Shown here piece after piece: positions 19,985 through 30,335 of a stretch of 64,000 nucleotides of DNA. Source of the DNA: Flavobacteriales bacterium (GTDB lineage Bacteria > Bacteroidota > Bacteroidia > Flavobacteriales_G > JALEGO01); NCBI GenBank assembly GCA_020628935.1, contig JAHDEG010000007.1:47878-111877 (forward strand). Direction: 5' to 3'. The position numbers and the translations under genes are program-made. Positions within the stretch are counted from its first letter, which is position 1. Every line of letters begins with the position of its first letter. The notes beneath the pieces were generated by a model. That model did no database searches. It was not told where the DNA came from and worked only from the letters and a program-made list of their open reading frames with translations.

Positions 19985-22567
19985 TTATTTAGTTAAACTA
20001 TATACCCTAATTGTACCATCTGCCGTGCCAACTGCTAAATCCATTACGCCATCATTATTAATATCTTTTATGGGGAAAGAGGTATTTCCTTCAAGAGGAA
20101 ATGTTTCATAAAGCACTCCAAAGGAATCCATCAAATAAATCTTGTTAGAAAGTCGAGATGTTAAACCTAAATATTTTGACCCATCAAATTTAAACGTCTT
20201 AGGATGCTCGCTTACAGTACTATCTGCCCTGAAACTCGTTAAAACATTCTGATCCTGATCGTATACAATAGCTTCAGAGCCTTGTGTAAAAATATAGTTT
20301 ATAGGCTCTTTACTCGAATTATCGACAACAAATTTATGATCAGTTAAAAAAGTTTTAGTGTTAAAACTCTCTTGCTTGCTATTAAAGTATAATTTATTAA
20401 CAGTTCCTGTTTTATCCGTATACAGCAAGTGAGACTTGTTGATTGAGGTTGATTTAGAAATAAAAAACTCATTTTCTTCTGATAAGTCAATTTCCTGATT
20501 AATCTCTAACCTTTGCTCTCCTCTTCTGTCTAGCACATACACTTTCCCTTTACTATCTACTATTACAATATAGTCTTTATTGTTTACGGCTAAATGTTTT
20601 ATTGGCTGATCAACTTGTTTTTTCGTTTTTTCAAATTGCCATCCCTCCACTTGTTCGCCAGATATTTTATAATTTAAAATTTCATTCTTTTTTGTTGGAA
20701 CTAATAGCCTGTAGTCTCTGTTTTTTTCATAATCAAATAAGTTAATTCCTGACTTAGTTAATCCATGTTCAATTGTTATTGGATAGTTTTCTACATCCTT
20801 ACCATTTCTATCAAGCAAGTAAATCTTATTCTCAGTAGATAATAAAAGCTGATATTTATTATTCTTATAAGCATCTACCTGGTGAATTGCTCCAATTAAT
20901 TGGCCGTCTAGTTTCTTTTTCCAAAGTAGTTTACCAGCAGTACTTAATAGATAAACATTATCGTTAATATCCTGTATAAATATTTCTGTTAAATTATTTT
21001 TATGGTTTTTAAAGTAAAAAGGTTCACGTAACACAACATTTTCTGGTGAAAACTCCCATAATAAAGATGGAGCTTTTTTTGTTGTTGGATTGTACTTAGC
21101 TGATACCGTCATGTAAAAAAGATTATCTTTTTCTACATTAACCTGAAAAGCTAGCGCTTCAAATTTGTTGAAAATAAAATCGTACTTATCGTAATAAAGT
21201 AAGCTTTTGTCTGAAAAATACTCACTGAGTAATAACTTGTTCGCTGAGGGTTTCATGTACGAATACACATTACAGCTTCTAGAAAAATTGTCATTAAAAT
21301 TTAAAAAACTAATATCGGTAGTTATTGCATTAGCAGAATAATTTGACCCAAAAAATTGGCTAATTACTTCTTGTTTGGAAGCAAAAATGAGCAAGTCATC
21401 AATAATTTTAAAGTGATCAGCGCTAACACCTGAAAAAACTGAGCCAAACCGATTAACTAAAAAATCACTAGTGATTTCTTCTGACCTCAAGTAAGAAAGG
21501 GCTTTTTCCTTATCCTTAATTTTAAAAACTGCAACTTCATCATAAATACCTAATGTTGACTTTTTTAGGTACAACAATGCCATCTCATTCCCAAAAAAAG
21601 CTGAGACTTTCTTACTATCTTTTAATGATAGCGAAGTTTCTTTTTCAACTGACTTTACATAGGAGGAAAAGTTGCTTAATCCAACATAAAAGAAAAATGA
21701 ACTATACTTTGGTATAACATTAAACAAAGAAGGTTTGATAGGAACTTGGCCCTCAAGTACAGAGAGTATCTGAGCTGTAGAATCATTAGTGGTTATAAAT
21801 CCATTGCAATTTATATGATTAGGTTTAACAATTAAATCTAAAGAAATCCAACTACCCATTTGTTTTAAAACTTGAATTCGTTCTAGTGCTCGTTTATTCA
21901 TTGTTTGGTTAAACAGTATTGGTAAAGCCTTAAAGTTAATTAACAAGTTACCGTTTAAGTCATTTCCTGAATACTGATAAGCCTTCTTAAAATCAGAATC
22001 AGCATTTAAGCTGCTCTTATTCTTTAGTGCTATAATAGATTCCTCGACCAACGATATTTCTGGAGATATGACGCAAAAAGATTCAACTACACTGAAGTAT
22101 AAATTTTCTCCGTTTTTTGAAATTTCGGAAACCTCTCTACCCTCAACCATTTGAGATTGAGTAGTTGATTTTGCATGCAAAAACGTAGTGATATCTCCTT
22201 TTTGGGGAGGATTTAAAAATTCAATATAAGATATAAATTCAAACTTGGTACCCGAGGTTTGAATTGCAGAAGAAGTAATCTTTTTAATATAATCTTGATT
22301 TTCTCCTAAAGTACTCAATGAGCTATCTATTCCCGCCCAAAAAGGAATATTAATAAGGTCAGCCCATATAATGTTTGAACCTTTTAACTTATTAATTAAA
22401 TCAGAAAAATTATCTGCCTCTAAAATCAATGATGATCTATCAGGAATTAATTCATAAACACTAAGTTCAACTTTGTTAATGTATGATTTTCGGAAGGAAT
22501 AATAGCCGAATAATACAAGTGCAATTAAGAAAGCGCCTATTAGAGTGTATGTGATATATTTTTTCAA
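19985..22567 (-). CDS. Hypothetical membrane-anchored protein with a C-terminal beta-propeller-like/FG-GAP-like region
   Basis: The 860-aa product has one N-terminal TM segment (YTLIGAFLIALVLFGYY). The C-terminal third has repeated YLLxxxGKLLW / YLLDRNGKDV / VYVLDRRGE blade-like units and ends with DINNDGVMDLAVGTADGTIRVY. No family is assigned. Confidence 0.4.
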   Translation of the reverse strand: MKKYITYTLIGAFLIALVLFGYYSFRKSYINKVELSVYELIPDRSSLILEADNFSDLINKLKGSNIIWADLINIPFWAGIDSSLSTLGENQDYIKKITSSAIQTSGTKFEFISYIEFLNPPQKGDITTFLHAKSTTQSQMVEGREVSEISKNGENLYFSVVESFCVISPEISLVEESIIALKNKSSLNADSDFKKAYQYSGNDLNGNLLINFKALPILFNQTMNKRALERIQVLKQMGSWISLDLIVKPNHINCNGFITTNDSTAQILSVLEGQVPIKPSLFNVIPKYSSFFFYVGLSNFSSYVKSVEKETSLSLKDSKKVSAFFGNEMALLYLKKSTLGIYDEVAVFKIKDKEKALSYLRSEEITSDFLVNRFGSVFSGVSADHFKIIDDLLIFASKQEVISQFFGSNYSANAITTDISFLNFNDNFSRSCNVYSYMKPSANKLLLSEYFSDKSLLYYDKYDFIFNKFEALAFQVNVEKDNLFYMTVSAKYNPTTKKAPSLLWEFSPENVVLREPFYFKNHKNNLTEIFIQDINDNVYLLSTAGKLLWKKKLDGQLIGAIHQVDAYKNNKYQLLLSTENKIYLLDRNGKDVENYPITIEHGLTKSGINLFDYEKNRDYRLLVPTKKNEILNYKISGEQVEGWQFEKTKKQVDQPIKHLAVNNKDYIVIVDSKGKVYVLDRRGEQRLEINQEIDLSEENEFFISKSTSINKSHLLYTDKTGTVNKLYFNSKQESFNTKTFLTDHKFVVDNSSKEPINYIFTQGSEAIVYDQDQNVLTSFRADSTVSEHPKTFKFDGSKYLGLTSRLSNKIYLMDSFGVLYETFPLEGNTSFPIKDINNDGVMDLAVGTADGTIRVYSLTK

Positions 22568-22671
22568 AAAAAGAGCTATTTATGAAACAATCAATTTTCA
22601 CAAATAAAGATGTATAAATCTTAGCTATTAAGCTCGATTGTATATTTTTTTTTTCAAGAAATAAATGTTAA

Positions 22672-25600
22672 TCACCTAATTACGGTCACGTGCCCCGCTT
22701 TATTATGTCGCTCCCCTAAAATATCTTTATAAGTTAACTTCCATGAGTAAACACCCTGTGCAACTATCTCTTGCTTCCCTTGTTGCTCGTAATTTCCTTC
22801 CCAAGCTTTATTATAATTAACAGATCTAAAAATTAGTTCCCCCCAACGGTTATAAATGATAAAATCATATTCCGATTCATCCAAACCAAATATTATAGGG
22901 TAAAATGTTTCATTTTTCACATCAGAGTTAGGTGTAAATGCATTAGGCATATAAAAGTACACTATTGGCTCAATAACTACAGGGCTAATCGTTTCAGCCA
23001 TACAGCCTTCTTCAGTTGTCACCACTAATTTAACGGGATAGGTACCGGTGTCCTCAAGGGAAATTCTTAAATCATTATTATCACTGAAATAATTAATATA
23101 ATCAATTAAAGGATTTTGATCATTAGACATATCTAAAGTATCTATACCATTTTCGTCATAAAAAACCCAATCCCATGCAACTACATTAAATTGTGAAAGA
23201 TCTTGAAATAAAAATTTCATATTTAGTAAATCTGCAGTTTCTGGTGTAGTTGTAAACAAAGCTTGAGGAAAATCTACAACAGTAATTATACCCGTAGTTT
23301 GTGATAAGCAGCCCTCAATAGATATTGAATTTAGGGTTACATTATAATCTCCTGGCTGATCAAATACATATGAAGATGGTTGTGGATTACATTCTGATGA
23401 GAAAAACTGGTCGTAAAAATTCCAATAACAAGAGATAAAACTTGAGGTTGATGTATTAACAAATTCAACTGAATCATCAGGACATATTATGGTGTCGGAA
23501 GGAGTGAAAGATGGATTTATTTGTTCGTAAAAAGTTATCAAAACTGAGTCTGATACTGGTTGAGAGCAATCATCAGAAGCCACTACTGAGATAACAACTT
23601 CATCGGGATACTCACCAACTGGTTGAGTTGTGTAATTTGATGATGGAGTAAATCCATTTCCCCAGTCATATGTTTTTATTACGTTGGGATTACCGCCAAA
23701 AGCTTTTGCTTTGAGTATAATTTCATCTCCTACACATATTGTTTGATCTTGGAATGCTTCAACCCCCAAAGTAGGATATACATTCACACATGCCTGAGCT
23801 GGTAAAAAATCACATCCGTTTTCATCAATTACATCAACAGTATAACAGACAAATGAATCTGTTACCGCAACAATTGGACCAGGACCAGTTACTCCTGTAG
23901 ACCAAGTAAATGAGTAAGGGGGAATTCCTCCTGTTGCAGATGCAGAAAGAGAATATAAGCTATTGGTACAAACTGTAGTATCTACAAAACTTGTAGATAC
24001 AATACCTATTGATGGCCTTGGCACCAGTATAGAACCTTCTACCGGACAAACTCCGTTACTTAAAACTGTAACAGTATAAACATCTGAACTTAAATTTAAT
24101 TCAGTATTATTTGTTCCACCAGTACTCCAAATGTATGTGAAATTACCCGGAAAAGGACCACCAGATGCGGTAACAGTGGCAGATCCATCACTTGAATTGT
24201 AACAGTTGGTACTGTCAAAAGTCAATGATAACAATGGTTCAGAAATATTATGTACTTCTATACTTGCGATACTATCACAATTGTTATCATCTTCAATTGT
24301 AACTGTGTATACAGCTGGCATTAAATTTAATGCTGAATCGCTAATTTGTCCAGACGACCAAGTAAATCTGTAAGGAGGATTAGCACCTGTTACATTCACT
24401 ACTGCTGCAGACCCCGTATTGGTTTCACAATATGCACTATCACTAATTAAATCAAATGTAAATGGGGCGGGGTCGGTTAATATAAAGCTTGTATCAAGTT
24501 GGCAGTTTTTACTATCTGATATGGTTACCAAAAAAGTATCGGCACATAAACTAGAAACTATTGAAGATGTGCTGCCTTGGGACCAAATATAGCTATAAGG
24601 TGGGGTCCCGCCATTCACGCTTAATGCTAGACCTCCATCACATGAACTATTACACTGAATAGGGCTAGTTGTTAAATCAAAGCTTATGCTATCAGGCTCA
24701 CTTATTGTAATACTTGAATCAATTACACAAAATAATGAATCCTCCCATACCCCATACAAATTATAGGTGTTTACTGATAAGTTATTTACTACAGTAGAGT
24801 ATATTAATGTACTGTCTACTATTGGGTAAACGAAAAGCATACTATCAATTGAATTCGGTGAAAAGAACTCTACAGAACCATCTACATCACCTGGGCAACT
24901 TGTTTGTGTTGTAATTATACTATCTATATCTATCCCCCTAACTGTAACTGTGGAATAAGCCGTATCTCCGCATTCACCAGCGATTCCATAACCAATTTGA
25001 TGAACCCCGATACCAGCTAGAGAAGGAGAAAAAAATCCATTTGCAATACCTGGTCCAAACCAAGATCCTCCTGGGTACGATGCTACGAGTTCAACTGGAT
25101 CGTCAGTATTACAGAAAAGCTCTTGTATATTAATAAATAAATTTGGAACAAATGCTCCTGGCAATATATTGAATGTATCGTAAGCCACACAGCCCCCCTG
25201 ATCTGTTACTGTAACAGTATAATTACCATCAGGTAAATTTGTTGCTGTAGCCGTTGTTTGTACTGGATTTGTATTCCAAGAATAGTTGTAAGCGGGGCTA
25301 CCACCAGCTACTACTACTCCTGCCTCACCGTCATTAAATCCTTCACAAGATTCATCAACAAAAGTAGGAGTAAGTTCCATTTCTGGGCACCGTATGAGAA
25401 TTTCATCAACTCCTATACACCCTAATTGATCTGTTACGCTTACTTTAAAATCTCCGCATGGCAAATCTGTTACTGAAGTTGTTTCTCCGTTACTCCAAGC
25501 AAAAGTATAAGGTGGAGATCCACCTGTAATTACTGGAGCAGAATTATAAATAATATTACATGGGGCATTTAATACATCTGGTCCTAAATCAATTTGTAAA

Positions 25601-26781
25601 CCATCAACAGTTATACAGAATGACTGAGAAAAAGTGCCTGAATATGGGCAATTATCATCTATTAAATTTATTGTAAAGCAATAGGGTGTTGTACTAATGT
25701 CATCGCTAGTTGGTGTCCAGTTCAATGTTCCAATAGGATTTGTTGGATCTGAATTATCAATGGTAAACGTAGAACCTGGAATCTCGTTAACTATTTCCAT
25801 TGTAACATTTTGTCCTCCGTTTGGATCAAATGCTGCTATTTTAAGATCTAATGGGATACCTGGACAAACAATAGTGTCGTTAGATGCTGTCGAAGTTGTA
25901 TCTGAATCAAACCCTGATGCAAACGGATTGTTATTAGTACATGGAACCGTGTAAATTTGAATATCACGCATTACGGAACCTATTAAAACTCCATCTCTAT
26001 ACTCTTTAGCTTCTACCGCTATTACAGTAATTAATTGATTTAAAGAATTAAAGCAAAAAGAACCATTTTCTACATCAAATGTAAATGGAAAACTAGGATC
26101 GGCAGTTAAAGGATTATTTACTGAAAAACCAGGCTCATAGTTTACTAATGTATTTCCTGCCCCCATTGGTGTAATTAACTCAAAAGCAATTGAGTCTGCA
26201 TCAGGATTAATAACACCGTGATCGAAACAATAATCAGATTGTACACACACAAATGGAACTGGATTATTAGTAAAGGTTACTGAAGAATTACAAATTCCAC
26301 CAACATTATTAATTAAAGAACGAAGATGTAAACGCGTATTACCCGGGTTCGAGATTGTCGTAATAGCATTGTTTCTGCAACAGAACACCCAATCTATTGT
26401 CCAGTCAGGACATTCCTGAGGGAGTGTCACGTTTACAGAGTAAGTATACTTTTGAATTCCAGAAAACGAACCATTATTACAGGTACTTTGTACCGATGAG
26501 CAAACTGGAGAGACTTCTTCGGGCGGACCACTTTGAGTCATTTCTAATAGAATAGAATTATTCCCTGTAAATCCACAACTTGGTGAAGTTATTACTAATT
26601 CTGGTTCAGTAGGCGCATTGCTTCCATCGCAATCTCTGTAAAAAACAAGATTGATAACGTAATTATTTCCTCCAAGACATTCATATGTTAGATCTGCACC
26701 GGCTGCATGTGATGCAAATGATACATTTGACAAACACACCGTAAAGAAAAGTAAAACACAAGACAGTAAATTTTTACCCAT
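22672..26781 (-). CDS. Giant adhesin-like protein (1369 aa) with SprB repeats, PKD-like domains and a T9SS type-B C-terminal sorting domain
   Basis: The signal peptide is followed by the ASHAAGADLTYECLGGNNYVINLVFYRDCDG N-domain. There are multiple ...GGxPPYxxxWS SprB repeats. The C-terminus is FYMPNAFTPNSDVKNETFYPI...FIIYNRWGELIF...AWEGNY...GVYSW. Confidence 0.85.
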   Translation of the reverse strand: MGKNLLSCVLLFFTVCLSNVSFASHAAGADLTYECLGGNNYVINLVFYRDCDGSNAPTEPELVITSPSCGFTGNNSILLEMTQSGPPEEVSPVCSSVQSTCNNGSFSGIQKYTYSVNVTLPQECPDWTIDWVFCCRNNAITTISNPGNTRLHLRSLINNVGGICNSSVTFTNNPVPFVCVQSDYCFDHGVINPDADSIAFELITPMGAGNTLVNYEPGFSVNNPLTADPSFPFTFDVENGSFCFNSLNQLITVIAVEAKEYRDGVLIGSVMRDIQIYTVPCTNNNPFASGFDSDTTSTASNDTIVCPGIPLDLKIAAFDPNGGQNVTMEIVNEIPGSTFTIDNSDPTNPIGTLNWTPTSDDISTTPYCFTINLIDDNCPYSGTFSQSFCITVDGLQIDLGPDVLNAPCNIIYNSAPVITGGSPPYTFAWSNGETTSVTDLPCGDFKVSVTDQLGCIGVDEILIRCPEMELTPTFVDESCEGFNDGEAGVVVAGGSPAYNYSWNTNPVQTTATATNLPDGNYTVTVTDQGGCVAYDTFNILPGAFVPNLFINIQELFCNTDDPVELVASYPGGSWFGPGIANGFFSPSLAGIGVHQIGYGIAGECGDTAYSTVTVRGIDIDSIITTQTSCPGDVDGSVEFFSPNSIDSMLFVYPIVDSTLIYSTVVNNLSVNTYNLYGVWEDSLFCVIDSSITISEPDSISFDLTTSPIQCNSSCDGGLALSVNGGTPPYSYIWSQGSTSSIVSSLCADTFLVTISDSKNCQLDTSFILTDPAPFTFDLISDSAYCETNTGSAAVVNVTGANPPYRFTWSSGQISDSALNLMPAVYTVTIEDDNNCDSIASIEVHNISEPLLSLTFDSTNCYNSSDGSATVTASGGPFPGNFTYIWSTGGTNNTELNLSSDVYTVTVLSNGVCPVEGSILVPRPSIGIVSTSFVDTTVCTNSLYSLSASATGGIPPYSFTWSTGVTGPGPIVAVTDSFVCYTVDVIDENGCDFLPAQACVNVYPTLGVEAFQDQTICVGDEIILKAKAFGGNPNVIKTYDWGNGFTPSSNYTTQPVGEYPDEVVISVVASDDCSQPVSDSVLITFYEQINPSFTPSDTIICPDDSVEFVNTSTSSFISCYWNFYDQFFSSECNPQPSSYVFDQPGDYNVTLNSISIEGCLSQTTGIITVVDFPQALFTTTPETADLLNMKFLFQDLSQFNVVAWDWVFYDENGIDTLDMSNDQNPLIDYINYFSDNNDLRISLEDTGTYPVKLVVTTEEGCMAETISPVVIEPIVYFYMPNAFTPNSDVKNETFYPIIFGLDESEYDFIIYNRWGELIFRSVNYNKAWEGNYEQQGKQEIVAQGVYSWKLTYKDILGERHNKAGHVTVIR

Positions 26782-26940
26782 TTATTTTTTTATGTTAGTC
26801 ATACTAGTTTAATAAAAATAAAGAACCAACTACAGAAGTCAAAATAAAACAAAAAGTAGTATAACATTCAATAAGACAATTTATAAGCCAAGACCTCAGT
26901 ATGTACTATTTTTAGACGATATTATTTTTCGAATGGTTGC

Positions 26941-28662
26941 TTAATTAGTATCAATTAATTGAAATTGAAAATTTTTAAATTGTAAAAAATCAATATTGGT
27001 ATTCTGAACTCCCGACCTTAGATTGAACTTTTTAAAGTCAAAATTCATTCCTAAACCAGTATAGTTTACATTGTTAATACAATCACTAAATCTTGCTCCG
27101 GCTTTTAATAATTGTTTACCAAAATAATAAGCAGAATTATATCCTGATAAAAAATACTTGCTTAAAAATTGACCTTGTTGAACATAAAATTTTGATTGTA
27201 ACGGTTTAAGCATCAAACTATTTTCTGATGTAAAATAAGAACACACTAAGTGTAGGTTCAATCTTTGCAGATAGGAAGGATCAATAAATGTATAATCTTT
27301 CCATTTTTCATCTCCCACAAGTAATATTTCATGGTTGCCGGCTACTAAATTTAACTGGGTAATAAAATCACTAACAAAAGCTTTATCATTTGACATTAAT
27401 AAAATTATATTTTTACGGCTTGCAGACATATTTTTACGGACAACACTAATTTTTAGATCGAAAAAATTGACATACACAGCCGAATCTTCAACAAATGCTT
27501 CATCCTGACTGTGTAAGAAATTAAATTTAGAAATTATGTTTTTTGCAATGTCTTTATGTTTTCCATCCTGATCAACTATAATTAATTTTTCCTTAGAAAA
27601 ATTCTCTGAAATCCAGTTTCCGATTTTCTCTAACTTTATTGATGAACTAGGAAACGTAAGATATGTATATGGAGACTCTTCAAGTACTTTTGAAGATATT
27701 GGCACTGGGCAAACTATAGGTATACTATAAAAATTAGCTTCATCTGAAACTATTTTAAATTGCTTTGAATATAAAGGACCAATAATTAGATCGTTGTTCT
27801 TAAAATCTGGAGTTTTAATTAGTTTTTTTACGTTAGAAGAATCATTTTTAGTATCATATACTTTGAGGTTTACACTTAACCCTTCATTCTTTAAGGAATC
27901 TAAAGCCATTTTCACTCCACAGTAAATATCTAAAGCAGGAGCAGATTTTCCATAAACGGGTGAACCGCTAGCCATATTTTCTTTGTTAACCTCTGTAAAA
28001 AAAGGCAAGAAAAGTGCTATTTGATAAACATCTTTCTGAACCAATGGTACGAGAGTATCATTGGTGAGTAATTGAGAGGATGTATCTGTCACACTAAGAT
28101 CACCTTCTACTTTATCCCATATTTTTTGCAACTCTATTTGGGTATCATTGTCAATACTTTCTTCCGAGGAGTTTGCAATTTCATCTTCTTGAGGTGTGAT
28201 TGTTCGTTCTTGAATTAAAGCTTTTTCAGGAAGCATTATTATATCGCCTTCTTTTAAACCCTGAGTCTCAACATCTGGATTAAGGCGTAGGATATCTCCA
28301 ATTTGTACTTGGAATTTCTTAGATAATGAGTAAAGTGTTTCCTTTTTAACAACTATATGTTCTCTTTTTGAAGAAAAGCCTGGTTTTGAAAGACTAACCG
28401 ATTTCTGAGGCTTTAAAACTGGGATAAAAATAACTTGCCCTACTTGTAACTGTTTATCTCTCAGAGCCAAGTTATTGTCAATAATCTGCTGGGAGGAAAC
28501 ATCGTATAGCCTGGAAATACCATATAAAGTTTCTTGTTTTTTTATTTCGTGTACATAAAATTGAACTCCATCAATAGATCTTATATCGGTAGTTTTTTGT
28601 TGAGCAAGAACAACAGAAACTGAGAACAGACTTATAAAAAGAAAACTAAAAAAATTTTTCAC
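26941..28662 (-). CDS. Secreted protein with two LysM peptidoglycan-binding domains and a periplasmic-binding-protein (type I)-like C-terminal domain
   Basis: Signal peptide …VVLAQQ. The two LysM units are HEIKKQETLYGISRLYDVSSQQIIDNN...VGQVIFIP and VVKKETLYSLSKKFQVQIGDILRLNP...EGDIIMLP. The PBP-like assignment for the remaining ~350 aa is tentative. Confidence 0.65.
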   Translation of the reverse strand: MKNFFSFLFISLFSVSVVLAQQKTTDIRSIDGVQFYVHEIKKQETLYGISRLYDVSSQQIIDNNLALRDKQLQVGQVIFIPVLKPQKSVSLSKPGFSSKREHIVVKKETLYSLSKKFQVQIGDILRLNPDVETQGLKEGDIIMLPEKALIQERTITPQEDEIANSSEESIDNDTQIELQKIWDKVEGDLSVTDTSSQLLTNDTLVPLVQKDVYQIALFLPFFTEVNKENMASGSPVYGKSAPALDIYCGVKMALDSLKNEGLSVNLKVYDTKNDSSNVKKLIKTPDFKNNDLIIGPLYSKQFKIVSDEANFYSIPIVCPVPISSKVLEESPYTYLTFPSSSIKLEKIGNWISENFSKEKLIIVDQDGKHKDIAKNIISKFNFLHSQDEAFVEDSAVYVNFFDLKISVVRKNMSASRKNIILLMSNDKAFVSDFITQLNLVAGNHEILLVGDEKWKDYTFIDPSYLQRLNLHLVCSYFTSENSLMLKPLQSKFYVQQGQFLSKYFLSGYNSAYYFGKQLLKAGARFSDCINNVNYTGLGMNFDFKKFNLRSGVQNTNIDFLQFKNFQFQLIDTN

Positions 28663-28793
28663 TTTTGTCTTAGTTGAATGATTAATGACATTTACTATTT
28701 AAACCATCATATATTCATTGTTAATGTAATATAACAAAAGTATATTTTTATTAGGGAAATAATGCTACTATATCTTAAAACTAACCCTACTTT

Positions 28794-30335
28794 TCAGTTA
28801 TTTACTAACTGATTTACAAAAGATGGTCCGTACATGGCATAGTTTTCTAAAAAACTATCAATACGTTCTTGAGGACTGCCATCGGGGAAAAATTTTAATT
28901 TTAATTTTGTTACCTTACTAAGATTTTGTTCTTGCTTATTTTTTAGTGCCTTTATTGCCTTAGATTTAACTTGCTCTAAAATTTTTTCAGCATTACGGGC
29001 ACTTGCTGCTCCAAAAGCTTTCAATGAAGGATCAATAGTTGCTAGTTTAATTTCAATAGTTTTAAATACAGCATCCACCTGAGCAATTTCGGAATCTATG
29101 TTAAATGATTCATTTTTAGAAATAAATCGTTTTTTTAAGGTTTCTAAATCTAAGAAAAAATCTGAACAGTTAAATCCTAATTTGTTCAGCACGTTTACAT
29201 CTTTTTCACTGAGTATTAAATATGAATCTCTTAGACCCAATAAGGGCAACCTTTTATCAAATGATTTAAAAACGTTTTTAAGTTGAAGCCAATAAGATAT
29301 CTCTCCCGGACCGCCTATATAGGCTAAATTAGGTAATATAATTTCTTGATATAATGGTCTTAATATCACATTAGGACTAATAAAGTCTGGTTGTTTATTA
29401 AGCTTATCAATTAAGTCGTCTTGAGAATACTTAACAGCTCCTATTTTAAAAGAATCATTTTTTTCAACTTTAATGAGCTGTCTACCTTCTTTATTTAAAG
29501 CAAATAAATTAACTGGCCTAGAAAAGGCTTGCTCTTTATAACCTAAGTTATTCAAAAACTCATTTGTTTGCTTAATTGCTATATCAGATGTTTTGTTTTT
29601 TATCTCATCAACTGAATATTTGAGAAATTCTTTTTTAAGAACTGTTGAATCTGCATCAATAATTACTAAACCATGTTCTTTAAAGAAATGGTTCCAAAAA
29701 ATACGAGTGGCTTGAGATAAAGTAAAATTGTTATTGTATGCTTGTTTAAGCAGTTCTATTAATTCTTCTGAGCTTGGAGATGTACCTAATAAATTTTGAA
29801 CTTCGGCTATTAACTCACTAATTTTATCTAATGAAAATTGACCTACTGCACCCGCTTGCTCAGAATTCCAAGTTATTTTATTTCTAAAAATACTTACGTT
29901 CTGAATTTCCTCAAAATCGTGATCTTCTGAGGCCAACCAAAAAACGGGCACTATATTACAGTTAGGGAATTTTATAGAATATTTTTTAGCCCAATTAATC
30001 ACGCTTGCGATTTTATAAGCTGTAAAAAGCGGACCACCAAATAAGCTTAATTGATGCCCAGTTGTGATCGTAAAGGTATTTTCATTTTGAAGCTCAAAAA
30101 CTTTTTCAGGAATTGATAAACTACATGATTCATATTGCTTCTCGAGTTCCTGAACTAATCTATTTCTTTTTTCTGAAGAAAAGTTTTTACGATACTCTAA
30201 TTGCTCTTTAATACTTGTTTCATCATCAATAAAACCGTTATGCAAGTGTTCTAAATTTGCCTTTCTAGATAAGCAATCATTAATAAGTTTAGGGTAGGTT
30301 TTAAGTTTAACCCCATCTAATTTTATTAGTTTCAT
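28794..30335 (-). CDS. bshC: Bacillithiol biosynthesis cysteine-adding enzyme BshC
   Basis: The 513-aa product has the motif TITTGHQLSLFGGPLFTAYKIASVI near residue 90 and IGGPGEISYWLQLK later. Both are characteristic of BshC. Confidence 0.8.
   Translation of the reverse strand: MKLIKLDGVKLKTYPKLINDCLSRKANLEHLHNGFIDDETSIKEQLEYRKNFSSEKRNRLVQELEKQYESCSLSIPEKVFELQNENTFTITTGHQLSLFGGPLFTAYKIASVINWAKKYSIKFPNCNIVPVFWLASEDHDFEEIQNVSIFRNKITWNSEQAGAVGQFSLDKISELIAEVQNLLGTSPSSEELIELLKQAYNNNFTLSQATRIFWNHFFKEHGLVIIDADSTVLKKEFLKYSVDEIKNKTSDIAIKQTNEFLNNLGYKEQAFSRPVNLFALNKEGRQLIKVEKNDSFKIGAVKYSQDDLIDKLNKQPDFISPNVILRPLYQEIILPNLAYIGGPGEISYWLQLKNVFKSFDKRLPLLGLRDSYLILSEKDVNVLNKLGFNCSDFFLDLETLKKRFISKNESFNIDSEIAQVDAVFKTIEIKLATIDPSLKAFGAASARNAEKILEQVKSKAIKALKNKQEQNLSKVTKLKLKFFPDGSPQERIDSFLENYAMYGPSFVNQLVNN

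Noticed and set aside
25697-25954. 85-aa + strand ORF inside the 1369-aa minus-strand adhesin gene. Similar antisense ORFs occur at 29098..29286, 30412..30630, 30841..31071, 31965..32222, 32325..32705, 37650..37907, 54082..54351, 55420..55728, 59052..59284, 60706..61029, 61231..61584 and 62892..63089.
   Set aside because: All are nested antisense to genes with strong family motifs, and none shows a recognisable domain.
28794-30335. bshC considered as a novelty
   Set aside because: Bacillithiol biosynthesis genes are already known to be widespread in Bacteroidota, so this is an ordinary housekeeping context.
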